From positions 33,604,001 through 33,668,000 of the forward strand of contig JBNRSN020000007.1 of the NCBI GenBank assembly GCA_051313645.2: a stretch of DNA of 64,000 nucleotides, read 5' to 3'. Every line of letters starts with the position of its first letter. Position 1 is the first letter of the stretch. The DNA is from Centroscyllium fabricii (Eukaryota). This document shows positions 1 to 12,332 of the stretch, in pieces. Position numbers and translations under genes: made by a program. The notes below the pieces were generated by a model that had not been told where the DNA came from, did no database searches, and saw only the letters and a list, made by a program, of their open reading frames with translations.

Positions 1-3000
1 TTGGCTTGCTGCTTTGTCTGTGTATGACTTTAGCCTGAAGTACAGACCAGGGGCTCAGAACATTGATGCTGACGCTCTGTCTCGTCGGTCATATTGTCAG
101 GAGCCTGGATGGAAGGACATCACTCCAGTAGAGGTGAGGACGATGTGCACTGTGTCCATGCTGGGGGATAGGACTTGCAATTCGGCCCCTAGCAGGGGGA
201 TTGACCAGTTGGGAGCCTCACCGAAAGCTGTCCCTCAGGCATTTTGTAACTTATCCTGTTTGGGGAAGGGGGAGTTGCCTATGTTGAACCTTGGGGAGAT
301 ATCTCAAGCCCAGCAGCAAGATCCCTGTATTGGGGAGGTGTTCTCCGCTCTTCAGTTGGGGGATAGCAGGCGAGTCGACAAGTCCAAGCACCCGGATTGT
401 CGGTTGATCCTAAGGGAGTGGGATAGACTGCAGATAAAGGAAGGGGTGATGTACCGAATCACCAGGCCACCCTTTAGACCACGTCATTCACAGTTGGTGT
501 TGCCTGAGAAGTATCGGGGCATGGTCATGAAGTCGCTACATGATGACGCGGGTCATCTGGGTTTAGATAAAACCTATGGGATGGTGAAGGATCGGTTTTA
601 TTGGCCCAGAATGATGTCTGCAGTAGAGGAATTCTGCAAGTCCTGTGTTAGGTGTATCCAGAGAAAGACGTTGCCCACAAGAATGGCCCCGCTGTCTCAT
701 ATGGAAAGCGAGGGACCTCTGGACCTGGTCTGTATGGATTTCTTGTCTATTGAGCCTGATGCCAGTAATACCGAAAGCGTTTTGGTCATCACTGATCATT
801 ACACCCGATACGCGCAGGCATTTCCCACTAAAGATCAGAAAGCAACCACGGTTGCTCGAGTGTTGTGGGAAAAGTATTTTATTCACTATGGGTTACCACA
901 AAGGATCCATAGTGATCAAGGCCGAGATTTTGAGAGCAGGTTAATCAGGGAGCTAATGTCCCTGCTGGGGATTGAGAAGTCTAGAACCACGCCCTACCAC
1001 CCTCAGGGAGATCCCCAGCCAGAACGATTTAATCGTACGTTGTTGAACATGCTCGGGACTTTAGATGTAAAGCAGAAATCCCAGTGGAGTCGACATGTGG
1101 GATGTACCTGAGGACTGGAGAACGGCTAATGTAGTACCCCTGTTTAAAAAGGGTAGTAGGGACAAACCGGGCAACTACAGGCCAATCAGTCTTACATCTG
1201 TAGTGGGGAAAGTAATGGAAAAAATTCTGAGGGATAAAATCAGTTCGCATTTGGACAACCAAGGTCTAATAAGAGACAGTCAGCATGGCTTCGTCAAAGG
1301 TAAGTCGTGCCTGACCAATCTGTTGGAATTCTTTGAGGAGGTAACAAAGAGGGTGGATGAAGGGAGTACTGTGGACGTAGTGTATATGGACTTTAGCAAA
1401 GCTTTTGATAAAGTCCCACATAGGAGACTAATAACAAAGGTTAGAGCGCACGGGATACAGGGTAACTTGGCACAGTGGATCGAAAATTGGCTGGGGGATA
1501 GGAGACAAAGGGTAATGGTAGAGGGCTGCTTCTGTGACTGGAAACCAGTAACCAGTGGCGTCCCCCAAGGATCGGTTTTGGGACCCTTACTGTTTCTAGT
1601 ATACATCAACGATTTGGATATGGGAGTAGGGGGTACGATCAGCAAATTCGCTGATGATACGAAAATCGGAAGGGTGGTAAACAACGATGAGGATAGTAAG
1701 GGGCTTCAGGAGGATATAGATATAATGGTTAATTGGGCAGAAAAATGGCAAATGGAGTTCAACCCAGAGAAATGCGAGGTCATACAATTCGGTAGACCAA
1801 ATGGGGTAAGGGAATATACCATGAACAACAAAACGTTAAATAGGACCGAGGAACAGAGGGACCTGGGGGTACAGGTGCACAGCTCCCTGAAGGTTGCTGG
1901 ACACGTTAACAAGGTAGTTAAGAAGGCATACGGAATTCTCGCCTTTATTAACCAGGGCATAGTATACAAAAGTAGGGAGGTAATGTTAAACTTGTATAAC
2001 ACACTGGTGAGACCTCAGCTGGAGTACTGTGTGCAGTTCTGGTCACCGCACTACAGGAAGGATGTGGCTGCCCTGGAGAGGGTGCAGAGAAGGTTTACCA
2101 GGATGATACCTGGTCTGGGGGACCTGTGCTACGAGGAAAGGCTGGACAGGCTGGGGTTGTTTGCCTTGGAGAAGAGAAGGTGGAGGGGTGACATGATTGA
2201 GGTGTACAAGATCATGAGGGGACACGATAGGGTAGACAAAGGTGCATTGTTTCCCCTGGTGGGAGAGTCAAGCACTAGGGGACATAGATTCAAGATCAGG
2301 GGGGGAGGTTTAGGGGGGAGGTAAGGAGAAATTTCTTTACCCAGAGGGTGGTGGAAGACTGGAACTCCCTGCCTGTGAGGGTGGTGGAGGCAGGAACCAT
2401 CACAACATTTAAAAAATACTTGGACCAGCACATGAAGGACCATAACATACAGGGTTATGGGCCAGGTGCGGGCAACTGGGGTTAGTACAGTGAGGAGTTT
2501 TTCTGGGCCGGTGCGGACTGGATGGGCCGAATGGCCCTTATCCGCACTGTAAAATTTCTATGATTCTATGATTTGGTCCACTCCTATAACTGTTCTCGAA
2601 ATGACGCTACTGGGTTTTCTCCATATTATCTCATGTTTGGCAGGGAGGCCAGAATGCCAGTGGACTTGTGCTTTGGAGTGTCCAGTGATGACAGCTCAAC
2701 CAAGTCTCACCTGAAGTACGTCGCTAACATGCGAAGGGAGCTGCAAGCTGCCTACAAACTCGCTGAGTCGGTTGCTGCCAAACAGAACCGGGAGAACAAA
2801 CAAAGGTACGACCAGAAAGTACGGTTCTCTCAGTTGATGCCTGGTGACCGCGTCCTCATAAGAAATCTGGGGCTTCCAGGAAAGCATAAATTAGCCGATC
2901 GTTGGGCATCTACCCCTTATTTAATAGAGAGTCAGATGTTGCCTTTGCCGGTGTTTCGGTTGAGACCAGCTGATGGGAACGGGCCCAGGAAAGTGTTGCA

Positions 3001-3253
3001 CCGAAACCACATCCTACAAGTGGGGCAGAGAGTGCGATTGAACCCAGCAGAGGGTGGAAACCTGACCTCTGACAACATTGCTCCCTTAGCGCAGAGGAGG
3101 TCGCGGCGACGACCCGGGGCTCCTGACCGACTAAGATACAGTGCCCTGGGGGTGCCTAGTGCAACGGCAGCCCTGCCACTCGGGGTGTTGTCTCTGTGCC
3201 CCAGAGCCACTAGTCATGAGGACATGACTAAGTTTGGTAAGGGGGGAGTGTAA
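1..3253 (+). mobile_element. Gypsy LTR retrotransposon pol (RNase H end + integrase), split by a CR1 insertion
   Basis: ORF 14-1111 has YRPG-NIDADALSR, the HHCC zinc finger (HDDAGH...CVRC) and DDE residues (MDF, HSDQG, PERFN). ORF 2573-3253 resumes in the same frame with LVHSYNC...TGFSPYYLMFGRE and a GPY/F-like RWASTPY. A polypurine tract (~3236-3248) precedes TGTAAC. Confidence 0.93.
1100..2572 (+). mobile_element. 5'-truncated CR1 LINE (RT domain + 3' UTR), apparently young
   Basis: ORF 1095-2324 has [37 protein letters not shown] and KFADD. It is stop-free up to a G-run frameshift near 2300 and ends in an (ATTCTATG)n CR1 tail at the Gypsy junction. Confidence 0.95.
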
Positions 3254-4368
3254 CCTGGGTCTGAAACCCAGAGTCAGGGAGAATCTCCCTAAAGGGTTAA
3301 AAGTCTAGGGATCCAGTGGTCTGAGGTCAGGTGACTTCTTCGGTGCCAATTTGTCTGGCAGTTTGATCACACGGGGGTTGTTGTCCAGGTGTGAGTATGA
3401 ACATTGTTGCCGAAAGGCTGGGCTGTCATGGAAACCAGCACTCGGCTCCGACCAGTCTGGAAAAACAAGAGGAGTCTTGCAGGTGGGGGCTGTGTGATTG
3501 TGTTGCGATAGGCTGGATAAGGTGGGGTGATTTACTGGAGGGTGGAGCCAGGACAGGATAAAAGACTGGGCACGCCAAGGAAAAAAGAGCGGGAACAGAG
3601 AAGCCAGAAGCAGGAGGTTAGGAGAAGATCCGGGGAAAATCCAGAGAAGCCACGAGGGAGGCAGTTCCGTGAGCCGTCGTTAACTCTCTTGGGGAGTAGA
3701 CTGTAGTATACGGTCCCCCCTTGTAAAGCCTATTCGGATAGTTGGGGAGTAGACTGTAGTATACGGTCCCCCCTTGTAAAGCCTATTCGGATAGTCGTGA
3801 GTAGACTGTAGTATACGGTCCTCATTGTAAAGCCTATTTGGATAGTCGTGAGTAGACTGTAGTATACGGTCCTCATTGTCAAAGCCTATTCGGACAGTCG
3901 TGAGTAGACTGTAGTATACGGTCCTCATTGTAAAGCCTATTCGGACAGTCGTGAGTATTAGCTACTGAGAGAAGGGCTTGGGGATAACAAGGGGTAAGGG
4001 TGCTAAAGTGGGTGCCTTGCCATTGTGTAAATTGCTTGTTGATATGTGTTCTGGGGAGTGTTTGAGAACTAAATGAATGTGGACTGATTTGTTATATGAC
4101 ATTAACGCTGCTTTCTGTTTTTGTATCTAGTTGCTAGTTGCTTAACACTGTTTGTATTTAAACTCTATCTCCCATCCCTGTTATTAAAGTTTGTAAATAT
4201 TAATCTGGTCTCTGATTCATCTCTCTCAAGTTAAAAGGGTTACATTTGGGTGGAGGTCACAGAATTCTACACGTGGGGTACGTTAAGAACCTACGGGGTA
4301 ATTGGTATTAACCTAACCCCCCATTCTCAGTAAAGGAGAGGGGGGGGCCAATCGTAAAAAGGGTTACA
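3249..4368 (+). mobile_element. 3' LTR of the Gypsy element
   Basis: Starts TGTAACC directly after the PPT and ends GGTTACA (at 4244 and again at 4368). TATA-like ggataaaag at ~3557; ATTAAA at ~4183. Confidence 0.8.
3691..3957 (+). repeat. Tandem repeat, 5 units of ~51-53 bp, inside the LTR
   Basis: Unit gagtagactgtagtatacggtcc(cc/tc)..ttgtaaagcctattcgga(t/c)agt(c/t)g(t/g) repeated head to tail. Confidence 0.95.
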
Positions 4369-4654
4369 AGATAATGGCCCAGAAATTCGGGTTGGAGGCT
4401 TCCCGCGAGTGCAAGCCTCCAACCCACGCTTTCCTACCACGCCGGCCGTTCATCTTTTCACCCACGTAGAATTCCGATGGTGGGCTCTCCTGAACTGCCG
4501 ATGGCAGTAAGAATGCTACAATTGACCTTGGTATTCTGCACCTGATCAACATCTACACAAGACTCTAGCATGGGTCACTGAATATCAGATGAGGATAGGA
4601 CTGGATTCGCTGTGAAGCTTCACACAGTCAAACAGCCACTCAGGCTCTCCCATG

Positions 4655-5317
4655 AAGAATATAGGATTACACGGGATATACAGCACAGAAACAGGCCATT
4701 CGGCCCAACCAGTCCATGCCGGCATTTATGCTCCACTCGAGCCTCCTCCCGTCTTTCCTCATCATCTAACTATCAGCGTAACCCTCGATTGGGCGGCACG
4801 GTGGCATAGTGGTTAGCACTGTTGTCTCACAGCACTGGAGACCCGGGTTCAAATCCAGCCTCGGGTACTACCTGTGTGGAGTTTGCACATTCTCCCCGTG
4901 TCTGCGTGGGTTTCCTCCGGGTGCTCCGGTTTCCTCCCACAGTCCAAAGATGTGCGGGTTAGGTTGATTGGCCAGGATAAATTGACCCTTAGTGTTAGGG
5001 GGATTGAATATGTGGGGGTTACGGGGATAGGGTGGGATATGTGTCGGTGCAGGCTCGATAGGGATCGAGGGATATGGGGAGAGGGCAGGGGCGGGGTGCT
5101 GGATTTGGATGATCAGCCATGATCTCATTGAATGGCGGAGCAGGCTCGAAGGGCCGAATGGCCTACTCCTGCTCCTATCTTCTATGTTTCTATGTTTCCC
5201 TTCTCCCTCATAGGCTTGTCCAGCCTCCCCTTAAATGCATCTATATTTTTTGCTTCAACCACTCCCTGTGGTAGCGAGTTCCACATTCTCACCACTCTTT
5301 GGGTAAAGAAGTTTCCA
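4655..5317 (-). mobile_element. CR1 3' end interrupted by an HE1 SINE
   Basis: Reverse complement of a CR1 tail (ggccgaatggcctgtttctgtgctg) and of NFFTQRVVRMWNSL-coding DNA on both sides of 4791-5196. Confidence 0.8.
4791..5196 (+). mobile_element. HE1-type V-domain SINE, full length
   Basis: tRNA-derived head (A box tggcatagtgg, B box ggttcaaatcc), V domain (gtggagtttgcacattctccccgtgtctgcgtgggtttcctccgggtgctccggtttcctcccac) and CR1-derived tail ending (ttctatgt)n. Confidence 0.93.
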
Positions 5318-5562
5318 CTTGGGTGAAGTGCAAAGGGCAGCAAGGACCCATGGTAGTGGTGGCCCTCAAGTAATCGCCTTTAGGACTGGAAGTCAGATAC
5401 CTGGGGTTTGGGAAATCAAAGGTAGAGAGGGGAATAAGCTAGCAAACCACATTTGTTTGTTATTGTTTCATGAACTAGATTTAGCAACATGCAAAACAAA
5501 CCATAATGACCACCCTAAGAATCCAAACCCAAGTTCCAAGTGGAGGGGTTGCAAAAACATCA

Positions 5563-6278
5563 TGGGCCAGAAATTAGGGTCCCAACGCGCGAGTACGCGT
5601 GGGCCCATCGGAAGTGCCGGTTTCCGGCATGCACGCGAAACTGGCACTTCCGATCCCCTGAAAGAAGGGGTCAAGGGTCGGAACGCGTTCGCGGCAGTGG
5701 GTGCTCAATGGACTTGCGATTTTTTTAACAGCTTTTTATCCGGGTAAGTATTAGAAAAAGATACGGCTGCTTTTTTCAAGCGCAAAGACTGGTTTTCAGC
5801 AGGTAAGCGGTGATTTAATTCAATTTAAACATTTTTTTTCCCCCCCGTTTTTCATTTTTTAATACTTTAAAGGTATGTTGATTTTTAGCCCCGTTAAATA
5901 CTTTAATTATTTTTTTCAAAATTTTTAATTTTTGTTTAAAATAGCTAATTTGTGTAATTGATAGTTATTTAAAAAAATGTTTTTTTTAAAATTTATTTTA
6001 AGATTTACTGAGGTTTTGGGGTTGAAGTATTCATAAGTTTGACAGGTCTTCTTGTCAAACTTATGAATGGCGCATTCTGTGCTCCGATTTGCTCTCCGTG
6101 GCCCACGTGATCTCGCACGTTCTGTGCCGCTCAGATCCAGGAGCACAGCGCGCCGGCAGTTCAGGAGAGCCCAACGTCGGGATTTCATGCGGGTGCACAG
6201 CTGAACGGCCGGCGCGGTAGGCAAGCATGGGTTGGAGGCTTGCACTCGCGGGAAGCCTCCAACCCGAATTTCTGGGCC
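5563..6278 (+). mobile_element. MITE with GGGCCAGAAATT termini (PIF/Harbinger-like); relatives at 13414-14329, 54835-56002 (inverted) and a fragment at 4376-4505
   Basis: Imperfect TIR gggccagaaatt / aatttctgggcc; GC-rich ends and AT-rich centre shared between copies. Confidence 0.72.
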
Positions 6279-6662
6279 GATATATTCTGGAAACCTGGGT
6301 TCAAATTCCATGCTGGGATGAAAGATTTTGGAGACCTGAGGTGTCAACTATTACATTAAGGAACATAATCTCATCAAATTTTCTTAAACAATTTCAAAGT
6401 CTTTCATCCACCCAGTGTTGCATTTTGTGGAGGACTTAGTCTACATCACGAGGCTATCATTCCAGAATTAATATGTAAACCAGTTTAATTACTAACCTTA
6501 AGGCATCAAAGTACTACATAGAATGTACAGCACAGAAGCAGGTTATTCGGCCCAACTGGTTCATGCTGGTTTATCCCACACAAGCCGCCTCCTACCCTTT
6601 TACATCTCACCCCATCAGCATAACCTTTATTCCTTTCTCCCTCATGTACTTATCGAGCTTCC

Positions 6663-7168
6663 ACTTGAAGCCTCCTTGAAAAAGTGTAACATCCCCACCG
6701 ACACCTGGGAATCCCTGGCCCAAGACCGCACAAAGAGGAGGAGAAGCATCCGGGAGGAAGGCGCCGAACACCGTGAGTCTCTTCGCCGGGAGCAAGCGGA
6801 AGCCAAGCGCAGGCAGCGCACGTCAACCCAAGCACCCCACCCACCCGCCCCTTCAACCACCGTCTGCCCCACCTGTGACAGAGGCTGTCGGTCCCGCATT
6901 GGACTCATCAGTCACCCGAGAACTCAGTTTTAATGTGGAAGCAAGTCATCCTCGATTCCAAGGTGTGGAGGTGCCGGTGTTGGACTGGGGTGGACAATTG
7001 CAAGAAGTCACACAACACCAGATTATAGTCCAACAGTTTTATTTTAAATCACAAGCTTTCCGAAAGCTTGTGATTTAAAATAAAACTGTTGGACTATAAT
7101 CTGGTGTTGTGTGACTTCTTGCAATTGTCGATTCCAAGGGACTGCCTAAGAAGAAGAAAGACGACGAC
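6663..7168 (+). mobile_element. RTE (BovB-like) LINE 3' end
   Basis: Encodes TWESLAQDRT.R..I and a C-terminal zinc knuckle CPTCDRGCRSRIGLISH; ends gactgcctaagaagaag. Confidence 0.8.
6964..7127. mobile_element. Palindromic Penelope-like pLTR fragment with 12-bp TSD
   Basis: ~65-bp inverted arms centred on aagctttc/gaaagctt; tcgattccaagg duplicated at 6952-6963 and 7128-7139. Same sequence occurs at 16805-16868 and 61525-61590. Confidence 0.82.
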
Positions 7169-8546
7169 TTGAATGCATCTACGCTATTTGCATCAGCTAC
7201 TTCTTGTGGTAGCGAGTTCCACATTCTAACCACTCTCTGGGTAAAGAAGTTTCTCCTGAATTCCCGATTGGATTTATTAGTGACTATCTTATATTTATGC
7301 CCCCTAGTTTTGGTCTCCTCCACAAATGGAAACGACGTCTTTACGTCCACCCTATCAAACTTTCATTATCTTAAAGATCTCTATTAGATCATCCCTCAGC
7401 CTTCACTTTTCTAGAGAAAAAAAAAGAATCCCAGCCAGTTGAATATTTCCTGATAGGTATAACCTCTCACTTCTGGTATCATCCTTGTAAATCTTTTTTG
7501 CACTTTCCCCATCGCCTCTATATCCTTTTTGTAACACGGAGGCCAAAACTGTGCACAGTACTACTGCAAGAGAGGGAAATAATCACCCAAAGCAAAACAC
7601 AACAGGTAATTATTCTTGCCAAACATAAAAAAGGTCTGCTAAAGTGTGGCCCCTATTCCTGAAAGGCCACGAGAACCAGATTCTTGTATAGAAAAAAGCT
7701 GTCACATGATACCTCAGACAATGTGACCCAGGGTAAAAAGAATAAGTGGAGACTGATTGACTAGGAGCACTTTAACATATGGTACAGGAGGGAAATTAAC
7801 ATGGTTCCTTCCTGAATCTATTATAGCGACAGGCATATAACAGCAATTTCCTGGTTGGGTTGCAGACCTTGACTATAGCACAACAAAAGAGGTGTAAGTT
7901 TTAATGTTTGTAAAGGTGTCAAACTACCTGCTGAGGGTCAAATGTTGTTGTGCAGTTTCCTACTGTATTCTATGGGGTGCAATTGAAACAAATATACTGG
8001 CGGCCACAACAGGCTGCAATCAAAATGGAACATTTAGTTCCGATACCAAGTCAACTGCATTTAGACTCAACAAAAGGAATAAAGTATTACTGGTTCATCT
8101 TTAATATGGATTACACACACTAAAAACTAATAACTACTGTAAAACTTGCACTAAAAGTTGGAAGAAACAATATCAAGAATGATTGTTTAGGTACAGTGCA
8201 GCCAAATGTAAATTGCACTTTTTACAGAAGACTAGTCCATTTTTACTTGTAGTTCGCACTGAAAGTTTTGAAAGTGGCGATGATTGAAACCGTATGTGCG
8301 AGCATGCGATTGTTGAGTCGAAGCAATCATGTACCGCCCTCGCGGAATAATTGTCAAACACAGTTTTGCGTTTTAATATTTATAGTCTATTTATAAAAAG
8401 AGTGAAGAGTAAGAATGCAAGGACACCACGGGATCAGGCTACTGATGAATAAATCTTGCAGCTAGACTAAGCAATGCTGTCTAATTGATAAAGAATAAGA
8501 GGGATGATTTCCAAGGTTACTATTCATAACAAAATCATAAATGCAT

Positions 8547-8734
8547 TCTCCTCGCCACCTCGCTCTCTCCTCCTTTAAGACGCGCCTGAAAAGCTACCTC
8601 TTTGACCAAGCTTTTGGTCGCCTGTCCTAATATCCCATGTGGCTCGGCGTCAAATTTTGTTCGGCCACGCTCCCGTGAAACGCCTTGGAACGTTTTACTA
8701 CGTTAAAGGCGCTGAATAAATGCAAGTTGTTGTT
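8547..8734 (+). mobile_element. L2 LINE 3' end (also 24412-25380, 62485-62788 and a degenerate copy at ~57150-57365)
   Basis: cctcctttaagacgc..aaa.cctacctctttgaccaagcttttggtc...aggcgct.tataaatgcaagttgttgttg tail. Confidence 0.8.
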
Positions 8735-8970
8735 GGTGCACACAATCGTGAGTTCACTATAAATAGCAACAGCAGAAATATCTTCCCTCATTCTTTTTAA
8801 ATGAAAGATTGTAGATGGGGATCACTGTCAAGTTCATAAAGTTATAAATATTAGGGCTCTCTTGCAATAATTGTGGAGAATTATTGATATTGGAAAGCCT
8901 AAAAAAGCATAAATGCACAGAACACATTTTAACAAGTTTTCTCTTTCAATATTAAAACTTCTGACACTAT

Positions 8971-9698
8971 GGGGGAAAAATTGGCTACTTTTAGCGCCTG
9001 GAAAAAGTTCGCACCGATCCGCCTGAAATTGGGTTTTAGCGCCCCAAGTAGGAGGTGGGGACGCTACTACAGGCACCCCACCTCGATCCTTGGGCGCAAC
9101 AGCTCAATTTCGGCCGCTGTGGGTCGCTGCGCCACGCTCTGCGGCACGCCGAGCCGCGGTACTGCAGGCCTCCCTCCCCTTCTTAAAGGGGAGTGGCCTA
9201 GCGTGGCGCAGCCCAGAGCCCCGCTGGACTACCGAGGATCGGAGCGCCGCCAAAGGAGCCCGGCACTCGAGGGAAGTGCCGGGCTCACGGAGCACAGCTG
9301 GCACTCCAGGAGGGGGGGGGGGGGGCATCGGGGAAGGCCGGGGACGGCAGAGGGGGCAGGTGCTGGCAGGCGGCCAGCAAGAAAAATGGCCGCCCCGCAC
9401 TCTTTCACCCCCCCCCTTTAAATAGCGCTGGCCCGGCTGCAACTGCGTCCCCCTGACCCCGTCGGTGACTCCGCCGCGACGTCAGGGGGCGCGACTGACG
9501 TTCGCGGCCGGGGCGCTGCGCACGCGATGACATCATCGCCGGTGGCACAGCGCCACGGGGCCGCTGCTGGCTGCCACCGCCGCCAGCGTCCCACTGAATA
9601 TCACGGGAGGCATCAGCCCAGGCGCTCGGTGCCTTGCGCCCCATTAGCAGCCCTCTTAGGGCGCTAACGGCTGGCGAAAGCAACCCAATTGTTCCCCC
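8971..9698 (+). mobile_element. GC-rich MITE with GGGGGAAAAATTGG termini (PIF/Harbinger-like)
   Basis: TIR gggggaaaaattgg / ccaattgttccccc; internally homologous to 10405-11116 and 41477-42181. Confidence 0.78.
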
Positions 9699-10404
9699 AG
9701 AGGAACTTACAGAATCAACAGCCAAGAAACCTTCAAAATCCCAAAATGAAAACAAGAGGTCAGATTGTTAGCAAAATCTGCAACTGTCGCATTTCAGCCC
9801 ATGATTTAATCTCCCGCCTTTCCTGACCCTCCCGCATTACCCCTGGACGGCCTCAAACTGAACCTCGTAATTTGGGAAAAATGACAACTTGTCACCCAGT
9901 ACTGCGCAATCACTTCAGACACAGACTGAGGCACTGAAGAAACTAATGGTGAAGAATATTGAGAGTTATCTGAACCAGTCAAAGATATAGCACTGCTGAA
10001 TGTTATGCCTGAACTCGTACCTGAGAACAGCCCCGTCCGACGCACTAGTGAGATTTTTTCTATTGAACATTCCAGCCATCTTTAAGGTCTCTCCAAGCGA
10101 GGTTGTCAAGTGGATGTCAATTTATGCCAATTTCCACAGTTCTTCTCCGGTAAGTTTGTCTGGGCTGCGCTTAAACATAGGCCCCAAAGAGGAAAAGGCA
10201 CTAAAATGGTCCCAACATTTCATGTCGCTAGTCCAAGATAACATTCTTTCCCCCTCGTGTATTTCTCCCTCCTCTGCACCACAGAACCGGTCCCTGGTCA
10301 GGTGGGTCCCTCATTTCCAAGCCTCCATTGATGTCACTCAAGTCAATCATCAGAAAATTGATGAGTGACTTCACCTTTTCTCTCTTACTGTGGGGAAACA
10401 TCGA

Positions 10405-11116
10405 GGGGGAAAAGTTGAGCTGCGCCCCGTTTGGGGCGCCAACTTCGGAAAGCAGCGCCGCCCCGATAACGTTAGCGCCGTTCCGCCTTAAATTGGGTTT
10501 TGGCGCCCCAAGTAGGAGGTGGGGCGCTACTGCAGGCGCCCCATCTAGTTCCTTGGGTGCAACGACTCAATTTGGGGCCACTGTGGGTCGCTGCGCCGCG
10601 GTACCGCAGGCCTCCCTCCCCCTTCTTAAAGGGGCGTGACCGAGCACGGCACGGCCTGGGGGCCCCCACTGGACCGCTGGGGATCGGAGTACCGGCAAAG
10701 GAGCCCGGGAATCGAGGGAAGTGCCGGGCTCACGGAGCACAGCCAGCACTCCGCGGAGGGGGGGGCATCGGGGAAGGCAGGGGGGCAGGTGCTGGCAGGC
10801 GGCCTGCAAGAAAAATGGGCGCCTGGCACAACCCCCCCCTTTTAAATAGCGCTGCCCCGGCTGCAACTGCGCCCCCCTGACCCTGTCGGAGACAGCGTCC
10901 GGCGCTAAGTCAGGGAGGCGCGACTGTAGTTGGCGGCCGGGGCGCTGCGCATGGTGATGACGTCATCGCCGGCGGCGCAGCGCCATGGGGCACCAACGGC
11001 TGCCGCCACCAGCCAGCGCCCCGCTGAATATCGCAGGAGGTGCCAGGTGCCTTGCACCCCATCAGCACCCCTCTTAGGGCGCTAACGGCTGGCGCAAGCA
11101 ACCGAATTCTTCCCCC
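10405..11116 (+). mobile_element. GC-rich MITE, same family as 8971-9698
   Basis: Collinear high similarity (aaattgggtttt.gcgccccaagtaggaggtgggg ... ccctcttagggcgctaacggctggcg). Confidence 0.78.
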
Positions 11117-11542
11117 CCCCCCCCGCCCCCCCCCGCCCCCCGCCTAGGCCCAGACTATGCTTTGCACCTCTTGAACAGCCAAGATTGGAAAGAGAATGCG
11201 GAGGGAACAATAGATGCAAATCCACATTCTAACATTGAAAGATATAACAAACCAGAGTGCCAAGACATTGCTTGTAAAGCAGCCATCCAAAAGAAACAGA
11301 ATTGTAGCTATTTTTACACAGGGGAGGGCCACTTAACCTTTCTTGCCTGTGTGGAAGTTACATTTCCATTTTCCTGCATTCTCCCCCAACGGGTCCAAAA
11401 AGTACTTTTTCTATCTGCTCATGCACGGTTTCACTTTACACAGGGACTTTCTGACACCCATATGTTTAAAATTTTGTACATATATGTTGATTAAAATATG
11501 TAAGGAACATCTTGCCTTTGGTAAGTTTGCGGCCTGTTCTAA

Positions 11543-12251
11543 TGCCCTAGTTTCACTGGAGGCTAAGTATGCCAAGTATCCCAAGAATCGTCCAGAATCG
11601 AAATCTTGGCGATTCTTGGTGATTCTGCATTCAAATGCAAAAAATACTTGGTTGAATCTTGGCGATTCTTGGTGAATTCTTGGCGATTCTGGACAAGGTT
11701 ACGAATCTATCACGAATTATTTTACGAATGAGGTACGAATCACTCACGAATCCACCACGAATTGCAAGAATTAATTAAGAATCCACTACGAACTCCACGA
11801 ATTAGTTACGAATTCTAAGAATTAGCTACGAATTATCTACGAATTGCATTCGTAGTGCATTCGTGGACATTCGTGGACAATCGTGGTGCATTCGTGGTGC
11901 ATTCTTGATTTTGAAAAAATGAAGAATGCCCAAGAATAGTCAAGAATGCACCACGAATCCACTACGAATCAGTTACGAACGGTAAGAAAGGGTCACGAAC
12001 GGTAAGAATGGGTCACGAATTGTTTACGAATCTATCACGAATTGAAAATTCGTGAACCCTCCTACGAAATTTTTTGACAAACAAAAACTTTCCTTAAAAC
12101 TAAAAGAACTCCCGCGAACTACCGCGAACTCTACGATTCCGCTACGAATCCACTACGAATCTACTACGAATTGCAAGAATGACCCACGAATCGGCCAAAT
12201 TTAAAAATCGGCACGATTCGGGAATTCGTAGCCTCCAGTGAAACTAGGGCA
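11543..12251 (+). mobile_element. Non-autonomous PIF/Harbinger element, 709 bp, ACGAAT-rich
   Basis: Perfect 23-bp TIR TGCCCTAGTTTCACTGGAGGCTA; TAA target duplication at 11540-11542 and 12252-12254. Confidence 0.9.
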
Positions 12252-12332
12252 TAAGGCATGATTGTAAAATAAAGTAAATAAAAAGATGCTTTCCTAAAAG
12301 ACTATTAACCTAAATAAACTGATAAGCAAAAT

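Larger units (their letters stand above)
6515..7565 (-). mobile_element. CR1 3' fragment interrupted by RTE and Penelope pieces
   Basis: ORF 7075-7350 (TRGHKYKI...RRNFFTQRVVRMWNSLPQ); CR1 tail at ~6515-6660. Confidence 0.78.

Noticed and set aside
14-2324. Integrase-RT fusion gene
   Set aside because: The ORFs are in different frames and the junction is explained by a CR1 insertion.
3691-3957. CRISPR-like regularly spaced repeats
   Set aside because: Units are contiguous with no unique spacers and lie inside a Gypsy LTR in a vertebrate genome.
4791-4865. tRNA gene
   Set aside because: The A/B boxes belong to the tRNA-derived head of HE1 SINEs and continue into the V domain; same for all copies.
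8971-11116. CpG-island promoter
   Set aside because: The GC-rich blocks are dispersed MITE copies with TIRs, repeated at least five times in the window.
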